Positions 44,442-54,345 are shown, numbered from the stretch's first letter. The stretch: 64,000 bases of DNA from a virus (IMGVR_UViG_3300044259_000028:18283-82282), one strand, 5' to 3'. The notes: generated by a model from the sequence alone, not told the origin. Made by a program: numbers and translations.

Positions 44442-45488
44442 TTACCAGTCACTCCCACTACTGGACGAATAATCCGAAGAGGACGAGGAGGAATAGTCAG
44501 AGCTACTGCTAGAGCTAGTCCAAGAATCATCACGGCTACTAGACGAGCTACTACGGCTGCTGGTCCACGAGTCATCATCACGAGACGAACTAGACGAGAA
44601 CGAAGCGTCTTTTACACGGTAATCGATCGCTGGCTCAGGTTCTACGTAACGCTCGGTAGGAGTGCTACGAGAGGTGCTGTAATCATCATAAGTACGATGG
44701 CTTCCATGCGAATGATTATGACGCAGAGCATCCGACAACATATTGCCAGCCACAACACCGCCAGCAACACTAGCAGCAGTACCAAGAGCACCCATACCTT
44801 GTTGCTGTTGTGGGGCTTGATGAACAACAGGGGTATGTTGATAAACTGGTTGAGGTGCTACATACTCTACATGTTCACGTTGTACAGGTTGTACATATGC
44901 ACGGCTTTCCGGTTCATCTTTAACAATGCGACGGTTAGAGGTATAAGCAATAGGGCGATAAACTTCAACAGCTTCAGGACGAGTAGAACGATAGATAAAG
45001 ATAAAGTACGCTACGCTACCGATACCACCGATAATCAGAATCCACCCAATAAATCCGATACCCGAGCTACTTTGTTGTGGATAGCTATTCTGTGCATAGC
45101 TTGTCTTAACAGGTTGCTCATAAGCTACAGGTTTAGTATCAACATAACGTTTAACAGGAGCGGAAGGACTACGCTCGATTTGAGCTACAACCTTACCGAA
45201 CAATGCAGAGCTAGAAACATCACCAGTTTTATCCAGCCGCACAACTTGTTTCAGTTCTTCATTTGCTGCTGCCTTATTCTTGTCTGCATTCAGCAGAATA
45301 TAGGCGTTCAGTAAGTGTGCACGAGCGCTGTTAGGATGGTCTTCCAGCACTTGACTAACCATGCTACGAGCACTTTGCATATCACCAGCAGCCAGTACTT
45401 TCTCAATCTGTTTAGGGGAAGGTGAGGCCATAGCTGCTACTGCCGCTACACTAAATACAATTGCTGCAATAATCTTCTTAAAGTTCAT
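44442..45488 (-). CDS. Secreted or membrane protein: signal peptide, TPR-like helical domain, TM, Pro/Gln-rich region, Ser-rich C-terminal tail
   Basis: 348 aa. ARAHLLNAYILL motif shared with the downstream paralog. SSSSSDYSSSSS tail. Confidence 0.5.
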   Translation of the reverse strand: MNFKKIIAAIVFSVAAVAAMASPSPKQIEKVLAAGDMQSARSMVSQVLEDHPNSARAHLLNAYILLNADKNKAAANEELKQVVRLDKTGDVSSSALFGKVVAQIERSPSAPVKRYVDTKPVAYEQPVKTSYAQNSYPQQSSSGIGFIGWILIIGGIGSVAYFIFIYRSTRPEAVEVYRPIAYTSNRRIVKDEPESRAYVQPVQREHVEYVAPQPVYQHTPVVHQAPQQQQGMGALGTAASVAGGVVAGNMLSDALRHNHSHGSHRTYDDYSTSRSTPTERYVEPEPAIDYRVKDASFSSSSSRDDDSWTSSRSSSSSSRDDSWTSSSSSSDYSSSSSSDYSSSSGSDW

Positions 45489-45895
45489 ATTTTCTCCTTT
45501 TGGTTTGATTTACGTTTTTGCAAACGAGTTAATTGCCATACTAATACAGCAGTAATTATACCACATACACTTAGTAGTGTAAGAACTATTTTACGAACAC
45601 CGTCTTGTTTTACCTCTTTGGTAGGAGTGTATTCTACACCATTTCCAAGATTGTGTGCAAGTTCCAACTCTTTCTTAATTTCTTCTAAAGAAGCATTTTC
45701 TTCGCCCAACAAACGTGCGTTGATTAGGTGCGCTCTTACACTTTCAGGACGCTTCTTCAAAACTACGTCCATCATAACACGTGCTTCTTGAATTTGTCCA
45801 GTATTGATTGCTTCGTTAATCTGTGCAAATGTCGGTGTCGCTGCTTTAGCCACCAACGCTATAGACAATGCAATGGCGGCGAATATCTTTTTCAT
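45485..45895 (-). CDS. Paralogous signal-peptide, helical-domain, TM protein
   Basis: 136 aa. VRAHLINARLL motif. ATGA overlap with the 44442 gene. Confidence 0.5.
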   Translation of the reverse strand: MKKIFAAIALSIALVAKAATPTFAQINEAINTGQIQEARVMMDVVLKKRPESVRAHLINARLLGEENASLEEIKKELELAHNLGNGVEYTPTKEVKQDGVRKIVLTLLSVCGIITAVLVWQLTRLQKRKSNQKEKI

Positions 45896-45949
45896 AAGTA
45901 TCCTCCTAGTGTTGAATTACCAACATCATAAGCCGCCATTAAATAATTG

Positions 45950-46198
45950 TCAAGCTAATTTTGCAAGTTCTTCGCTATAATCATTTACAGGGGTATTCCT
46001 AAGCACTAAATCAAAATCAGCATACAGCAGAGGATGAGAATGTTTCTCCCAACGTTTTAGTACACTTTTAGCAACTTGCTTGACAGCATTTTCATACACC
46101 ACAGTATGGGCATCTTGTTTAGCATTTAATGCTGCTTCACGTTGAATAGCAGCAGCCACGCGAGCTTCTTTAGTGCCACGATTTACTGCTTGACCCAT
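45950..46198 (-). CDS. Hypothetical protein
   Basis: 82 aa. Confidence 0.35.
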   Translation of the reverse strand: MGQAVNRGTKEARVAAAIQREAALNAKQDAHTVVYENAVKQVAKSVLKRWEKHSHPLLYADFDLVLRNTPVNDYSEELAKLA

Positions 46199-46581
46199 TA
46201 TACTACCTCCTTAATATATGCACCTTCTGGCAGTGGCTCAACATAAAGTTTAAGCATTGTTCGGCGACCATCCGCTGTATAGAAGGCTTTAGAGTCTTTA
46301 TCGAAGACTGGCTTTTCTGCCCAACCAAATACTGGCTTACCCTTACCGTCGCAAGTGACATGCTTCACCCAGCTTGGCAGAGCATACACCTTACCTTCGT
46401 GTACATGAGTATTTGCTGGAATACGCTCGCAGTCCTTCTTTTCAATCCAGTAGACTCCACCGATAACCTTATAGTCATCGCAGTCTTCACCTTCGATTTC
46501 AAACACTTCACCTACCTTATGTTTGTACCAATAACCTTCGCCACTACACTTAGTGATACGAACTTTAAAAGTTTCACTCAT
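46198..46581 (-). CDS. Hypothetical protein (KOW-like motif HKVGEVFEIEG)
   Basis: 127 aa. Confidence 0.4.
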   Translation of the reverse strand: MSETFKVRITKCSGEGYWYKHKVGEVFEIEGEDCDDYKVIGGVYWIEKKDCERIPANTHVHEGKVYALPSWVKHVTCDGKGKPVFGWAEKPVFDKDSKAFYTADGRRTMLKLYVEPLPEGAYIKEVV

Positions 46582-47362
46582 TTTCTTCTCCTACGTTAAG
46601 TTTATATTCCCGAATTTCTTTCTTAGTGGCCGGGGCATAGTGTGTCACATCACGAATAACAGTAGTGTACACTGGTTCGTAGCTTCTGACAAGTGCTTTT
46701 CGTCCTGAAACACTATCAATTCCTTCTTTCATCGTCCACTTCCATTCACGTTCACGAACAGGAGTTTTAATAATGGTACGTTTCTCCCAGCGATGGGCTT
46801 CAAACAGCCATTCACCTTTGATGCATACATACTGGTTGATCCGAACGAAGGAGAGGTCTTCCTTAATGCGGACTACTTTCTGCATCTTACCAAATCGGTC
46901 AGGAATGTCAAGGGACTTTTCCCGTTTTTTCTTGGAACGTTTTACTTTTTCCAAAATGTTTGTTTCAGGATTTACAAATAAGCTTCCATCAAATGCCGGA
47001 TAAAAGATAGTTTTCCAGTGATAACCCGGAACACCATCAACCATCACATAAGTCTTCAGTAACCCCCTAACCACGCGCCTGATTTGTGCATAAGTATCAG
47101 GGGACTCATGTTTCAGGCGACGTGCAATGTCAGCATTCACGTCATCCCAATTACGCCCTACGTTACTTTCAAGGAAGCGTCGAGCTACCCCACCATATTT
47201 TCGCCATGCAGCTTCACGGAACTTCCAGCTTTTACTGTATCCGTCATAAGGTGCAACGGTCTTTTGTTTACCGGAGAATTCGTCATGAACATAATACTCT
47301 TGAAGCTCATCATCGAATTCCAACTTAAATTTCTTTGCAGCACGAACTTTATGGTGTAGCAT
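46574..47362 (-). CDS. Hypothetical protein (Trp/Lys-rich)
   Basis: 262 aa. Confidence 0.45.
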   Translation of the reverse strand: MLHHKVRAAKKFKLEFDDELQEYYVHDEFSGKQKTVAPYDGYSKSWKFREAAWRKYGGVARRFLESNVGRNWDDVNADIARRLKHESPDTYAQIRRVVRGLLKTYVMVDGVPGYHWKTIFYPAFDGSLFVNPETNILEKVKRSKKKREKSLDIPDRFGKMQKVVRIKEDLSFVRINQYVCIKGEWLFEAHRWEKRTIIKTPVREREWKWTMKEGIDSVSGRKALVRSYEPVYTTVIRDVTHYAPATKKEIREYKLNVGEENE

Positions 47363-47380
47363 ACAGCCTCCTTTACTTGT

Positions 47381-47551
47381 TTACAGCACTTTACTCCAAC
47401 GCCCCAGCAACAGAAGTTTAACACTTATGTACCCGCCTAGCAAGTCCATCAGGTAAGTGATAGTTGCCAGCGTCATGAACGTACCAGTGTACAACAGAAA
47501 CACAGGCAGCACAAACAGAATGATAATGTAATACAGAATCTTTTTCAACAT
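47381..47551 (-). CDS. Small membrane protein (56 aa), not in ORF track
   Basis: GGAGAAATAAAAATG. Translation MLKKILYYIIILFVLPVFLLYTGTFMTLATITYLMDLLGGY... Confidence 0.35.
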   Translation of the reverse strand: MLKKILYYIIILFVLPVFLLYTGTFMTLATITYLMDLLGGYISVKLLLLGRWSKVL

Positions 47552-47553
47552 TT

Positions 47554-47760
47554 TTATTTCTCCTTTTTAACGCGGGGATCATTATAGAAATATCCTAGTG
47601 GCACATCATAACACCACAGTTCGAAAATTTCAAACTGAGTTTCCACCCAATCATAGAACTGAGTAAATTCCTCTGCCAACACAGCAAGCAGCATCAACAC
47701 AAGAACTGGCGGGATTGCCAGAACTTGTGCGACACGATATAAAATTTTCTTCCAATTCAT
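47554..47760 (-). CDS. Small membrane protein
   Basis: 68 aa. TM helix LAIPPVLVLMLLAVLA. Confidence 0.4.
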   Translation of the reverse strand: MNWKKILYRVAQVLAIPPVLVLMLLAVLAEEFTQFYDWVETQFEIFELWCYDVPLGYFYNDPRVKKEK

Positions 47761-47775
47761 GAATTTCCTTTCATT

Positions 47776-49929
47776 TTAGTGAACGTCACGCCAGCTACCT
47801 TCAAAAGATAGTTTACCTTCTGCCCCTAATGGTAAGGAAAGTTTCAACGCTTGTCCAGCACAAATAATGGCTTTTTCTGACAATTGTTTTATTTTTTCTT
47901 GAATACCATCCTCAATTTCCCATGAGTATTCGTCGTGTACCATCGAGATACGCTTTACAACATACCCACGATACAGGTAGTAAGGGCGTCCCATATCGTC
48001 TAGGTGCATATCACCAAGCCAACTATCCATGAAACAGGCAGCATAAGACATGGCAATAGCACCAGTGCCTTGACCAAGACATGATAACAGAACATTCTTC
48101 CCACGTACAGAGACAATACGACCGTCAATAGCCGGAATGTGCTTATTCTTACCAGTGGATGAGAAATAAGCCTCTACAGCCGCTTTAAGCTTGCCTAAGC
48201 CCTCATTCATCAGCCAATAGTTGTCATACGCCTCTTGACCTTCAGCTTTAGATAATCCCAAGCTAGAAGCCAGTTTAGCAGCACCTCCACCGAATGCTAG
48301 CAGATATGCACCAGTTTTAGCTTTATTACGCCAAGGTTTGAACAAAGGATTTTCTTTATTCTCTTGATTAGTAATATCAAACTGCTCATGCAGTGCTGGA
48401 AAGAATGCAAATGCATTGAAACTGTGGGGATCACCCTCAGTCTGCATTCGTGCGAACTTACCATCATCATACTTGTAGGTGTGGTGACTTAGAGTACGGT
48501 TTTCAAGTGCTGCGGCATCTGTACCACCATACCAATACCCTTCATCAACTGTGAATAAATCTCGCATCTCACTTCCAAGTAGCACCTTAATGTCTGCTTT
48601 AGGGACATTACACACTGTTTTATGCTTAACACGAGAAGTAGGGGCATAGCCTGAAATCTCAGCACTAATACGCCCATCAAATTCAATCCTCCAATTACTA
48701 AGCCAGCCTTTGACAATGCCAAGTCGGTTACGATATGACAGGAACTTAACCACCTTTTTAGGGATATCACCCTCAAGTTTCAGCAGGTTAGGGCAAATAT
48801 TCCCTTGGTGCTGGATTTTTGGTGTGGTTTTGATAAACTTACCTTTATCATCCCGTATGTTCTTTCCATCAGGCCCCTTCTTAAAATTCCAGAAGTCCTC
48901 TGCGGCTTCCCATCCTTGCTCAATAAACCAATCCTTGAGTTCTGTATTATCGTCAATTTCCATTGGCAACTCGATAGGGAAAATCTCATTTGGGGCGAGC
49001 TTGATAGTTTTACCATAAGCTGTAATCTCCTTAGAAATATCGTCAAAAACAGCACTGTGCTTTTCAAGCCAATTACTAAATAATGTAGACACATCCCCAT
49101 TTTTCTTAAACGGTTTTGCTGGCATTTTGTAGTACGCTTGTTCAGCAGTTTTCAAAGGACGTGGAGGAAGTTTTGGTTCAACTTCTTTACGGATAATCTC
49201 CATTTGTTCTTCAATATGCTTCACAAGTGCTTCAGCTTTTTTCTTATTGAATTTTACACCAGTGTAAGCTTGTGCAGAATACAACCAATAATCTTTCTGC
49301 ATTTGTCGGAAAGACGGATGTAGCCAGCTTTTCTTATACATCTGTTGAGCTTGTGCCCATAATCTTTTGACAACTTTAATTGTAGCAGCAACGTCACGAT
49401 CACAGTAAGGAACTAACAAATCATGATAAAACTTAAATTCAGCACCTTTTGGAGCATCTTTAGGTAGTGCACCACAGTCAATTAAGCTCTTACGATAATC
49501 TATCTTACCTTCTTCCTCTTGGAAAGAAGATTTGTCACTATTAGAAAGGAAGTCAAGAGAGTGAAATTGTGAGTCAGGATTTAAGTACATACTCAGTATA
49601 TACCCATCAACAAACTGCACAGGATAGTCATCGAGATAATCTTGCCCATTCTTACCAACACGTGGGACAATACCGAGCATTCTCCAGAATATCCAGAGGT
49701 CAAATCCTAACTGGTTGAAGCCGACAACATGTGCTCCTTCAGGATAGCTCCGAATCCACTCTTTCAGTTGTTCTGCACACTTCTTATAACCATCCCTAAA
49801 TGGGTATAGTCGAAGAAACTTACTCTCGTCGTCTAAATCACTAAGACGGATGTACCAGATGTTCTGTGCCTTCAGGTAGAAATCATCCGTCTCAGCATCA
49901 ATACACCAGCCAAACAACTCTTGAGACAT
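47776..49929 (-). CDS. DNA polymerase, family A, with 3'-5' exonuclease domain
   Basis: Exo I region WCIDAETDDF, motif B-like RNKAKTGAYLLAFGGG, motif C MVHDEYSWE. 717 aa. Confidence 0.8.
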   Translation of the reverse strand: MSQELFGWCIDAETDDFYLKAQNIWYIRLSDLDDESKFLRLYPFRDGYKKCAEQLKEWIRSYPEGAHVVGFNQLGFDLWIFWRMLGIVPRVGKNGQDYLDDYPVQFVDGYILSMYLNPDSQFHSLDFLSNSDKSSFQEEEGKIDYRKSLIDCGALPKDAPKGAEFKFYHDLLVPYCDRDVAATIKVVKRLWAQAQQMYKKSWLHPSFRQMQKDYWLYSAQAYTGVKFNKKKAEALVKHIEEQMEIIRKEVEPKLPPRPLKTAEQAYYKMPAKPFKKNGDVSTLFSNWLEKHSAVFDDISKEITAYGKTIKLAPNEIFPIELPMEIDDNTELKDWFIEQGWEAAEDFWNFKKGPDGKNIRDDKGKFIKTTPKIQHQGNICPNLLKLEGDIPKKVVKFLSYRNRLGIVKGWLSNWRIEFDGRISAEISGYAPTSRVKHKTVCNVPKADIKVLLGSEMRDLFTVDEGYWYGGTDAAALENRTLSHHTYKYDDGKFARMQTEGDPHSFNAFAFFPALHEQFDITNQENKENPLFKPWRNKAKTGAYLLAFGGGAAKLASSLGLSKAEGQEAYDNYWLMNEGLGKLKAAVEAYFSSTGKNKHIPAIDGRIVSVRGKNVLLSCLGQGTGAIAMSYAACFMDSWLGDMHLDDMGRPYYLYRGYVVKRISMVHDEYSWEIEDGIQEKIKQLSEKAIICAGQALKLSLPLGAEGKLSFEGSWRDVH

Positions 49930-50120
49930 TACTCCTCCATAATAACAATTGCGTATTTTTCATTAGAAAATAGTTCTTGTAGACTACGTTTCTCACGTTC
50001 AGCAATAGCATAATTGGTAGTCCGTGCACCAGCAATACGCCTACCGTTGTCGTAAATAGTACACGTCTTCCAATTTACAGAACCTTTTTCTTTCCTTACT
50101 ACAGCATACTGTACTTTCAT
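49929..50120 (-). CDS. Hypothetical protein
   Basis: 63 aa, ATGA-coupled to the polymerase gene. Confidence 0.35.
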   Translation of the reverse strand: MKVQYAVVRKEKGSVNWKTCTIYDNGRRIAGARTTNYAIAEREKRSLQELFSNEKYAIVIMEE

Positions 50121-50132
50121 TAGATTTTCCTT

Positions 50133-50669
50133 TCAATGAACTTTTCGTTTTGACAGAAGTTCGTAATAGCGGTTCAAAAACATCTGTTTTGCCACTTTAG
50201 CACTCCAAGGCTCAATTGTAAAGGCGTACTTCTCAACACCTTGTAGGCAATCCCAGTTCTGGCATTCCCTAGGCATAAGATGGAATACCTCAGTTGCTAG
50301 CATACGTGTGTCAACAATCTTTACTTCTGGCGACATTGGGAATTCAGTGCCAAAGCGATTTGCAATAGCTCGTTCAACACACTTTTCAACAGTTTTGTAG
50401 TCTGGTAGGAGCATCTTCAAAGGAGTCGACACATCGCCTAGCACACTTTCGGAAGCGTCATGCATCAGAAAATCTAGTGCCAGATGTTCAGAAATTTCAT
50501 ATGATCCTCGTACACAATGCTCTGCAACACTATAAGGCTTCTCCGAATGCCCAGTAAAGCGATTAATATGACTCAATCCATGTGCAATGTCGTCAATGGT
50601 CAGATTGGATTGTTCGGGGTTTAGGAAGTTGAAATAGCTCCCTGAGTACAACATAATTTCTGGCGTCAT
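50133..50669 (-). CDS. HD-domain phosphohydrolase (YfbR-like 5'-deoxynucleotidase type)
   Basis: IAHGLSHINRFTGHS...HD motif. AAGGAGAG RBS before ATG at 50669. The track's longer ORF reads through the A14 tract. Confidence 0.55.
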   Translation of the reverse strand: MTPEIMLYSGSYFNFLNPEQSNLTIDDIAHGLSHINRFTGHSEKPYSVAEHCVRGSYEISEHLALDFLMHDASESVLGDVSTPLKMLLPDYKTVEKCVERAIANRFGTEFPMSPEVKIVDTRMLATEVFHLMPRECQNWDCLQGVEKYAFTIEPWSAKVAKQMFLNRYYELLSKRKVH

Positions 50670-50682
50670 TTTCTCTCCTTGT

Positions 50683-50696
50683 AAAAAAAAAAAAAA
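50683..50696. repeat. A14 homopolymer tract (T14 on minus strand)
   Basis: Read directly. Lies upstream of the HD gene RBS. Confidence 0.9.
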
Positions 50697-50728
50697 TAGG
50701 AGGACGGACGAGCCATCCTCCAAGGTTG

Positions 50729-51940
50729 TTACTGAGCTACAGTTGCTTCGAAGAACTGCTTAGGACGGTTATCACCTTCCTTGTAGTTGTCCTCGTAGTA
50801 GCGCAGCATACGGATGTTGCACAGCACGTGGTCCAGATGCGACTCACCGGTTTCAGGGTCTTTGTCTTGACCAGCTTGCCATGCTGAGAGGTGACGCAGT
50901 GCACATGCCAGAGGGACATTCCAATCCATACCTTTCATCCAGTTCCATGCTTTGTACTTCTTCGCACCGTAGCCCCATACACGCGCTTCACCTAGCATAG
51001 TTTGTAGAGGTATCAGTGACAGATCAGGCTTGCCTGCATTGTAACGTGCACCGCTACCACGGGCATCGCTGTTAACGTCACCTACAGCAGCTTCCTGAGT
51101 AGCGAATACAGGTTTGACAACAATTTCCTGAGTGACTGTGCCACCAGCATCAGCTACAACATCATCCAGCATTTTTTCCAGACTGACAGTGGCAGGAGCC
51201 TCTTTCAGCTTGTTAATCTTGTAGGCAACAATCTCACAGTATGAGTAGTCGATGTTGTCGAAGTTTTTCAGACTACCGAATTTCAGGTCTTTGATACCAT
51301 CATCAACCCAAGTATCTTGGCTACCGTCACGCAACTTAACGGTGATGCTTACAACATCACTTAGATCAGGTGCATCATGATTAACTTCACGGTCAATCCA
51401 TTTTCCAACAGTCTTATCTTTTGATTGATCGGTAAGACGGTAGTGGGTGATGATATAGTCGCCGTCACCTCTGCCCCAAGCCCAAGTGCTCAATTTGGTA
51501 CGATTGCGAGCGACACCATTGCGGAAACGTACTTCACCAATAGGATCACCAATGTAGCCAGTAGGTTCCTTACCAGTGGTATTAGCAATCCAGCCAGATT
51601 TCTTCAGGCGACTTGCCTTACGTTTAGGGCCTTTCTGCTTATGGAAGTGTTCCGAGATTTCATATAAAGCATGCTGGAAGGCTGGCTTACACACCTCACC
51701 ATTGATAGGTAAAGCATAAGGCTCAGCACCAGAAGTTTGGTACATACGACAATCTTTGTCAACGTAGATGTACCCTTTCACTGGAGTATTCAATAGTTTA
51801 CGTGGTTGACCACTATTAGAAGCGATCCAACGGAAGCCCATCTTGAACATGGCTTTTTGCAGCTTATGGCTTTCTTCCAAACTGTCAACGTAATAATAAG
51901 TGTTTTTCAGGTCTTGAGGGATGCCGATAGTTTTAGTCAT
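50729..51940 (-). CDS. Hypothetical protein with conserved C-terminal module (KPDLSLIP...GYGAKKY...W)
   Basis: 403 aa. The C-terminal ~90 aa resemble a phage nucleotide diphosphohydrolase N-domain (unverified). Confidence 0.4.
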   Translation of the reverse strand: MTKTIGIPQDLKNTYYYVDSLEESHKLQKAMFKMGFRWIASNSGQPRKLLNTPVKGYIYVDKDCRMYQTSGAEPYALPINGEVCKPAFQHALYEISEHFHKQKGPKRKASRLKKSGWIANTTGKEPTGYIGDPIGEVRFRNGVARNRTKLSTWAWGRGDGDYIITHYRLTDQSKDKTVGKWIDREVNHDAPDLSDVVSITVKLRDGSQDTWVDDGIKDLKFGSLKNFDNIDYSYCEIVAYKINKLKEAPATVSLEKMLDDVVADAGGTVTQEIVVKPVFATQEAAVGDVNSDARGSGARYNAGKPDLSLIPLQTMLGEARVWGYGAKKYKAWNWMKGMDWNVPLACALRHLSAWQAGQDKDPETGESHLDHVLCNIRMLRYYEDNYKEGDNRPKQFFEATVAQ

Positions 51941-51963
51941 ATATTCTCCTAGTTAGTAGTAAG

Positions 51964-52251
51964 TTATTGGCAGGTTTTAGGGTCAATCTTTTTCTTAGCG
52001 TCGTCACATTTCTGTTTCGAAGTAGAATGAGGGATAACCATAGGTGCAGGAATTACAGGGCGTACTAGAGGTGCAACAGTAGCAGGACGCGCTGGGGTAA
52101 CAACAGAGGCAGTACGTACCACGACAGGTGCGCGAGCGACTACTACTGGATGAGCCGATACAGCGACAGGGTGTGCTGAAACCACAGTAATTGCAAACGC
52201 ACCACCAGTTGCCAGTGCCAAGACGGTTGCTGCTACGATATTTTTAAACAT
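51964..52251 (-). CDS. Secreted Pro/Val/Ala-rich small protein
   Basis: Signal peptide MFKNIVAATVLALATGGAFA, PV-rich repeats, Lys-rich C-terminus. Confidence 0.45.
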   Translation of the reverse strand: MFKNIVAATVLALATGGAFAITVVSAHPVAVSAHPVVVARAPVVVRTASVVTPARPATVAPLVRPVIPAPMVIPHSTSKQKCDDAKKKIDPKTCQ

Positions 52252-52526
52252 TATTTACTCTCCTTTAAGTATTGTTCAGAAGTCTCATCATTTTCTACGC
52301 GCATGGGGTCATAATCAAGACTAATGTCTTTTGGCACCTTTTTGTCCAGTGCATGATAAATGCGATCAGCCACACCACGAATAGATTTACTGGAATCCCC
52401 GATAATACTACCTGTGATGTGCTTCAGAACTTCTGCTTCATATTCATCAAGTTCAATAGTGACAACTTTCTTTTTGGTAATAGTTGTAACAGGTACGTCT
52501 ACAACACTAATTTCTACTTTTGCCAT
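52251..52526 (-). CDS. Hypothetical protein (start at MAKVEISVV)
   Basis: AAAGGAGAATAAAATG RBS. 91 aa. Confidence 0.4.
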   Translation of the reverse strand: MAKVEISVVDVPVTTITKKKVVTIELDEYEAEVLKHITGSIIGDSSKSIRGVADRIYHALDKKVPKDISLDYDPMRVENDETSEQYLKESK

Positions 52527-52593
52527 TTTATTCTCCTTTAGGAATGTGAGAGTAGAGAATACCACCCTCACACAGTTTTGTCAATACTACTTT

Positions 52594-54345
52594 TTAAAAA
52601 TCTTTTGGACCATTCTCAGATAGCCAATCATCTTTGTCATGCAGAGTGTGGCTGCTATTCACATATAGGTAAGCACCGGACATACCTGTGTTACCTGTCC
52701 ATCGGCATTTAGTCATTTTCATGTAAGTAGTGTTACGCTCGATAGGGTCTTCATTCTCTTTATCACGAGTAAACAACAGGTTACATGCTGCACTCTTAAA
52801 GATCGTGGAGCTACCTTGAAAGTCTTCCTCATGCAACTCAGCGCCTGTACTGCCTTGTTTACCTCCACTAGCAGTTTTACGTGTGTGGTTGATATTTACA
52901 AAAGTAACACCATGACTCTTAACAGTGCCTTTGAGCCATCGCTGGAACACAGCTTGTTCCTCATTGGTCAATCCGTCCATCAAATCTTGCAGTGGGTCAA
53001 TAATAATAACCTTGCATTCACAAGTTACAATAAGCTCCATAATCAAAGACTTTACAGAGTCAACTCCACCATCACGATCATCAATGATATGCCAGCGATC
53101 AGAGCCGTCAGGAAGCCTCCACAAGTCTTCCTCTTTACGTAAGGTGTCAGGATGATCTAAGAAGGCCATCTTTTCATCGATACTCTCAATGAGGTCAATC
53201 TTACGCCCAACATGTCGGCTGAGAACTTTCGTCCCATACTGGCCAACATCTGACTCAAGTGACAATACACCAACTCGGTGTGGACTATTAAAAATCCAAT
53301 AGTACACCATCTCATCAATAAACGTACTCTTACCAGTTCCAGACGCACTACCGAGATTCACGATGACGCCCAGCGGAATACCGCCTGCCATCTGCTTCTG
53401 TACTTTGTGCATAAATGGCGGCAAAGGAATCTTAGGAGTTTGTGCAGCTTCACGTACAGCCGATCCTAGACTACCACTACCTACAATACCATCTGGACTA
53501 TAAGCAGGTGCATTAAAGAATGCCTGAATAAATTGTTTTTCTTTACCCTTAGCAAGGTACTCATTAGCATCTTTCAATGCTAATTTCATTACAAACATTT
53601 TCCCTTTCGGGATAACATCTACAAGTTTCTTAATAGCTTCACGTCCGGCTTCGTCATTATCATAACACACAATAATACGTTCTGCTTGATCTAACCATGC
53701 GTATTGCTCTTTAACCTGCTTCCACGAACCTGATTCACCAATGGCACTACTTACTACAGGGGTAGGTTCAAAATCGCTCCCACGGCCCTTACGGTAGTTT
53801 TCAAGCATCTGGTAGCTACTCATCGCATCCAGTTCACCAGCACAAAGCAGGACATACTTAGAGGTATGCTCACGCCATTTCCACTGACCAAATAGTTCGC
53901 TGTTCTTACCGATCTTACCAACGCTGTAGAATTCCTTCACAGGCGTTTTCCTTACCTTGTACCCGGCTGCTTTATAATCCTGTGTGTAAGGGTAAAACAC
54001 TTCACATACATCACCAGTGTCTTCATCGTACTTAAAACGACAGGCATAAGCTTTGTACGTTTCATCTGTGATGCCACGAGACATTTGCCCCTTAACTCCA
54101 GTGTACCCTTTTAGTGTTTCGATTTCCTCTTCTGTGATAATTTCTTTGGTCATAATTTCTGCTTCATCCCATTCGTATTCTTTCATTAATTTTAATTCTG
54201 CCTTGCGAGCATCCGATAGAATTGAACGCTCGCAACTGTAGCAGAATCCACCTTGACCTTCACCATACCAATGGAAGCCATCACTACTGCCACATTTAGA
54301 GAATGGACAAGGATTTTTACCAACTACAAAATCTGTCATTAACAC
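52594..54345 (-). CDS. DNA primase-helicase (T7 gp4-like)
   Basis: N-terminal Cys4 zinc ribbon CPFSKCGSSDGFHWY...CYSC, TOPRIM region, Walker A GSASGTGKST in a DnaB-like domain. Confidence 0.8.
   Translation of the reverse strand: MLMTDFVVGKNPCPFSKCGSSDGFHWYGEGQGGFCYSCERSILSDARKAELKLMKEYEWDEAEIMTKEIITEEEIETLKGYTGVKGQMSRGITDETYKAYACRFKYDEDTGDVCEVFYPYTQDYKAAGYKVRKTPVKEFYSVGKIGKNSELFGQWKWREHTSKYVLLCAGELDAMSSYQMLENYRKGRGSDFEPTPVVSSAIGESGSWKQVKEQYAWLDQAERIIVCYDNDEAGREAIKKLVDVIPKGKMFVMKLALKDANEYLAKGKEKQFIQAFFNAPAYSPDGIVGSGSLGSAVREAAQTPKIPLPPFMHKVQKQMAGGIPLGVIVNLGSASGTGKSTFIDEMVYYWIFNSPHRVGVLSLESDVGQYGTKVLSRHVGRKIDLIESIDEKMAFLDHPDTLRKEEDLWRLPDGSDRWHIIDDRDGGVDSVKSLIMELIVTCECKVIIIDPLQDLMDGLTNEEQAVFQRWLKGTVKSHGVTFVNINHTRKTASGGKQGSTGAELHEEDFQGSSTIFKSAACNLLFTRDKENEDPIERNTTYMKMTKCRWTGNTGMSGAYLYVNSSHTLHDKDDWLSENGPKDF

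Noticed and set aside
44109-45314. 401-aa + strand ORF
   Set aside because: It is antisense to the Ser-rich secreted protein gene. The Arg/Thr-rich junk translation comes from repetitive Ser codons on the opposite strand.
50670-50723. Upstream part of the 196-aa HD ORF (MEDGSSVLLFFFFLQGEK)
   Set aside because: It is the translation of the A14 tract and spacer. The RBS-supported start is at 50669.
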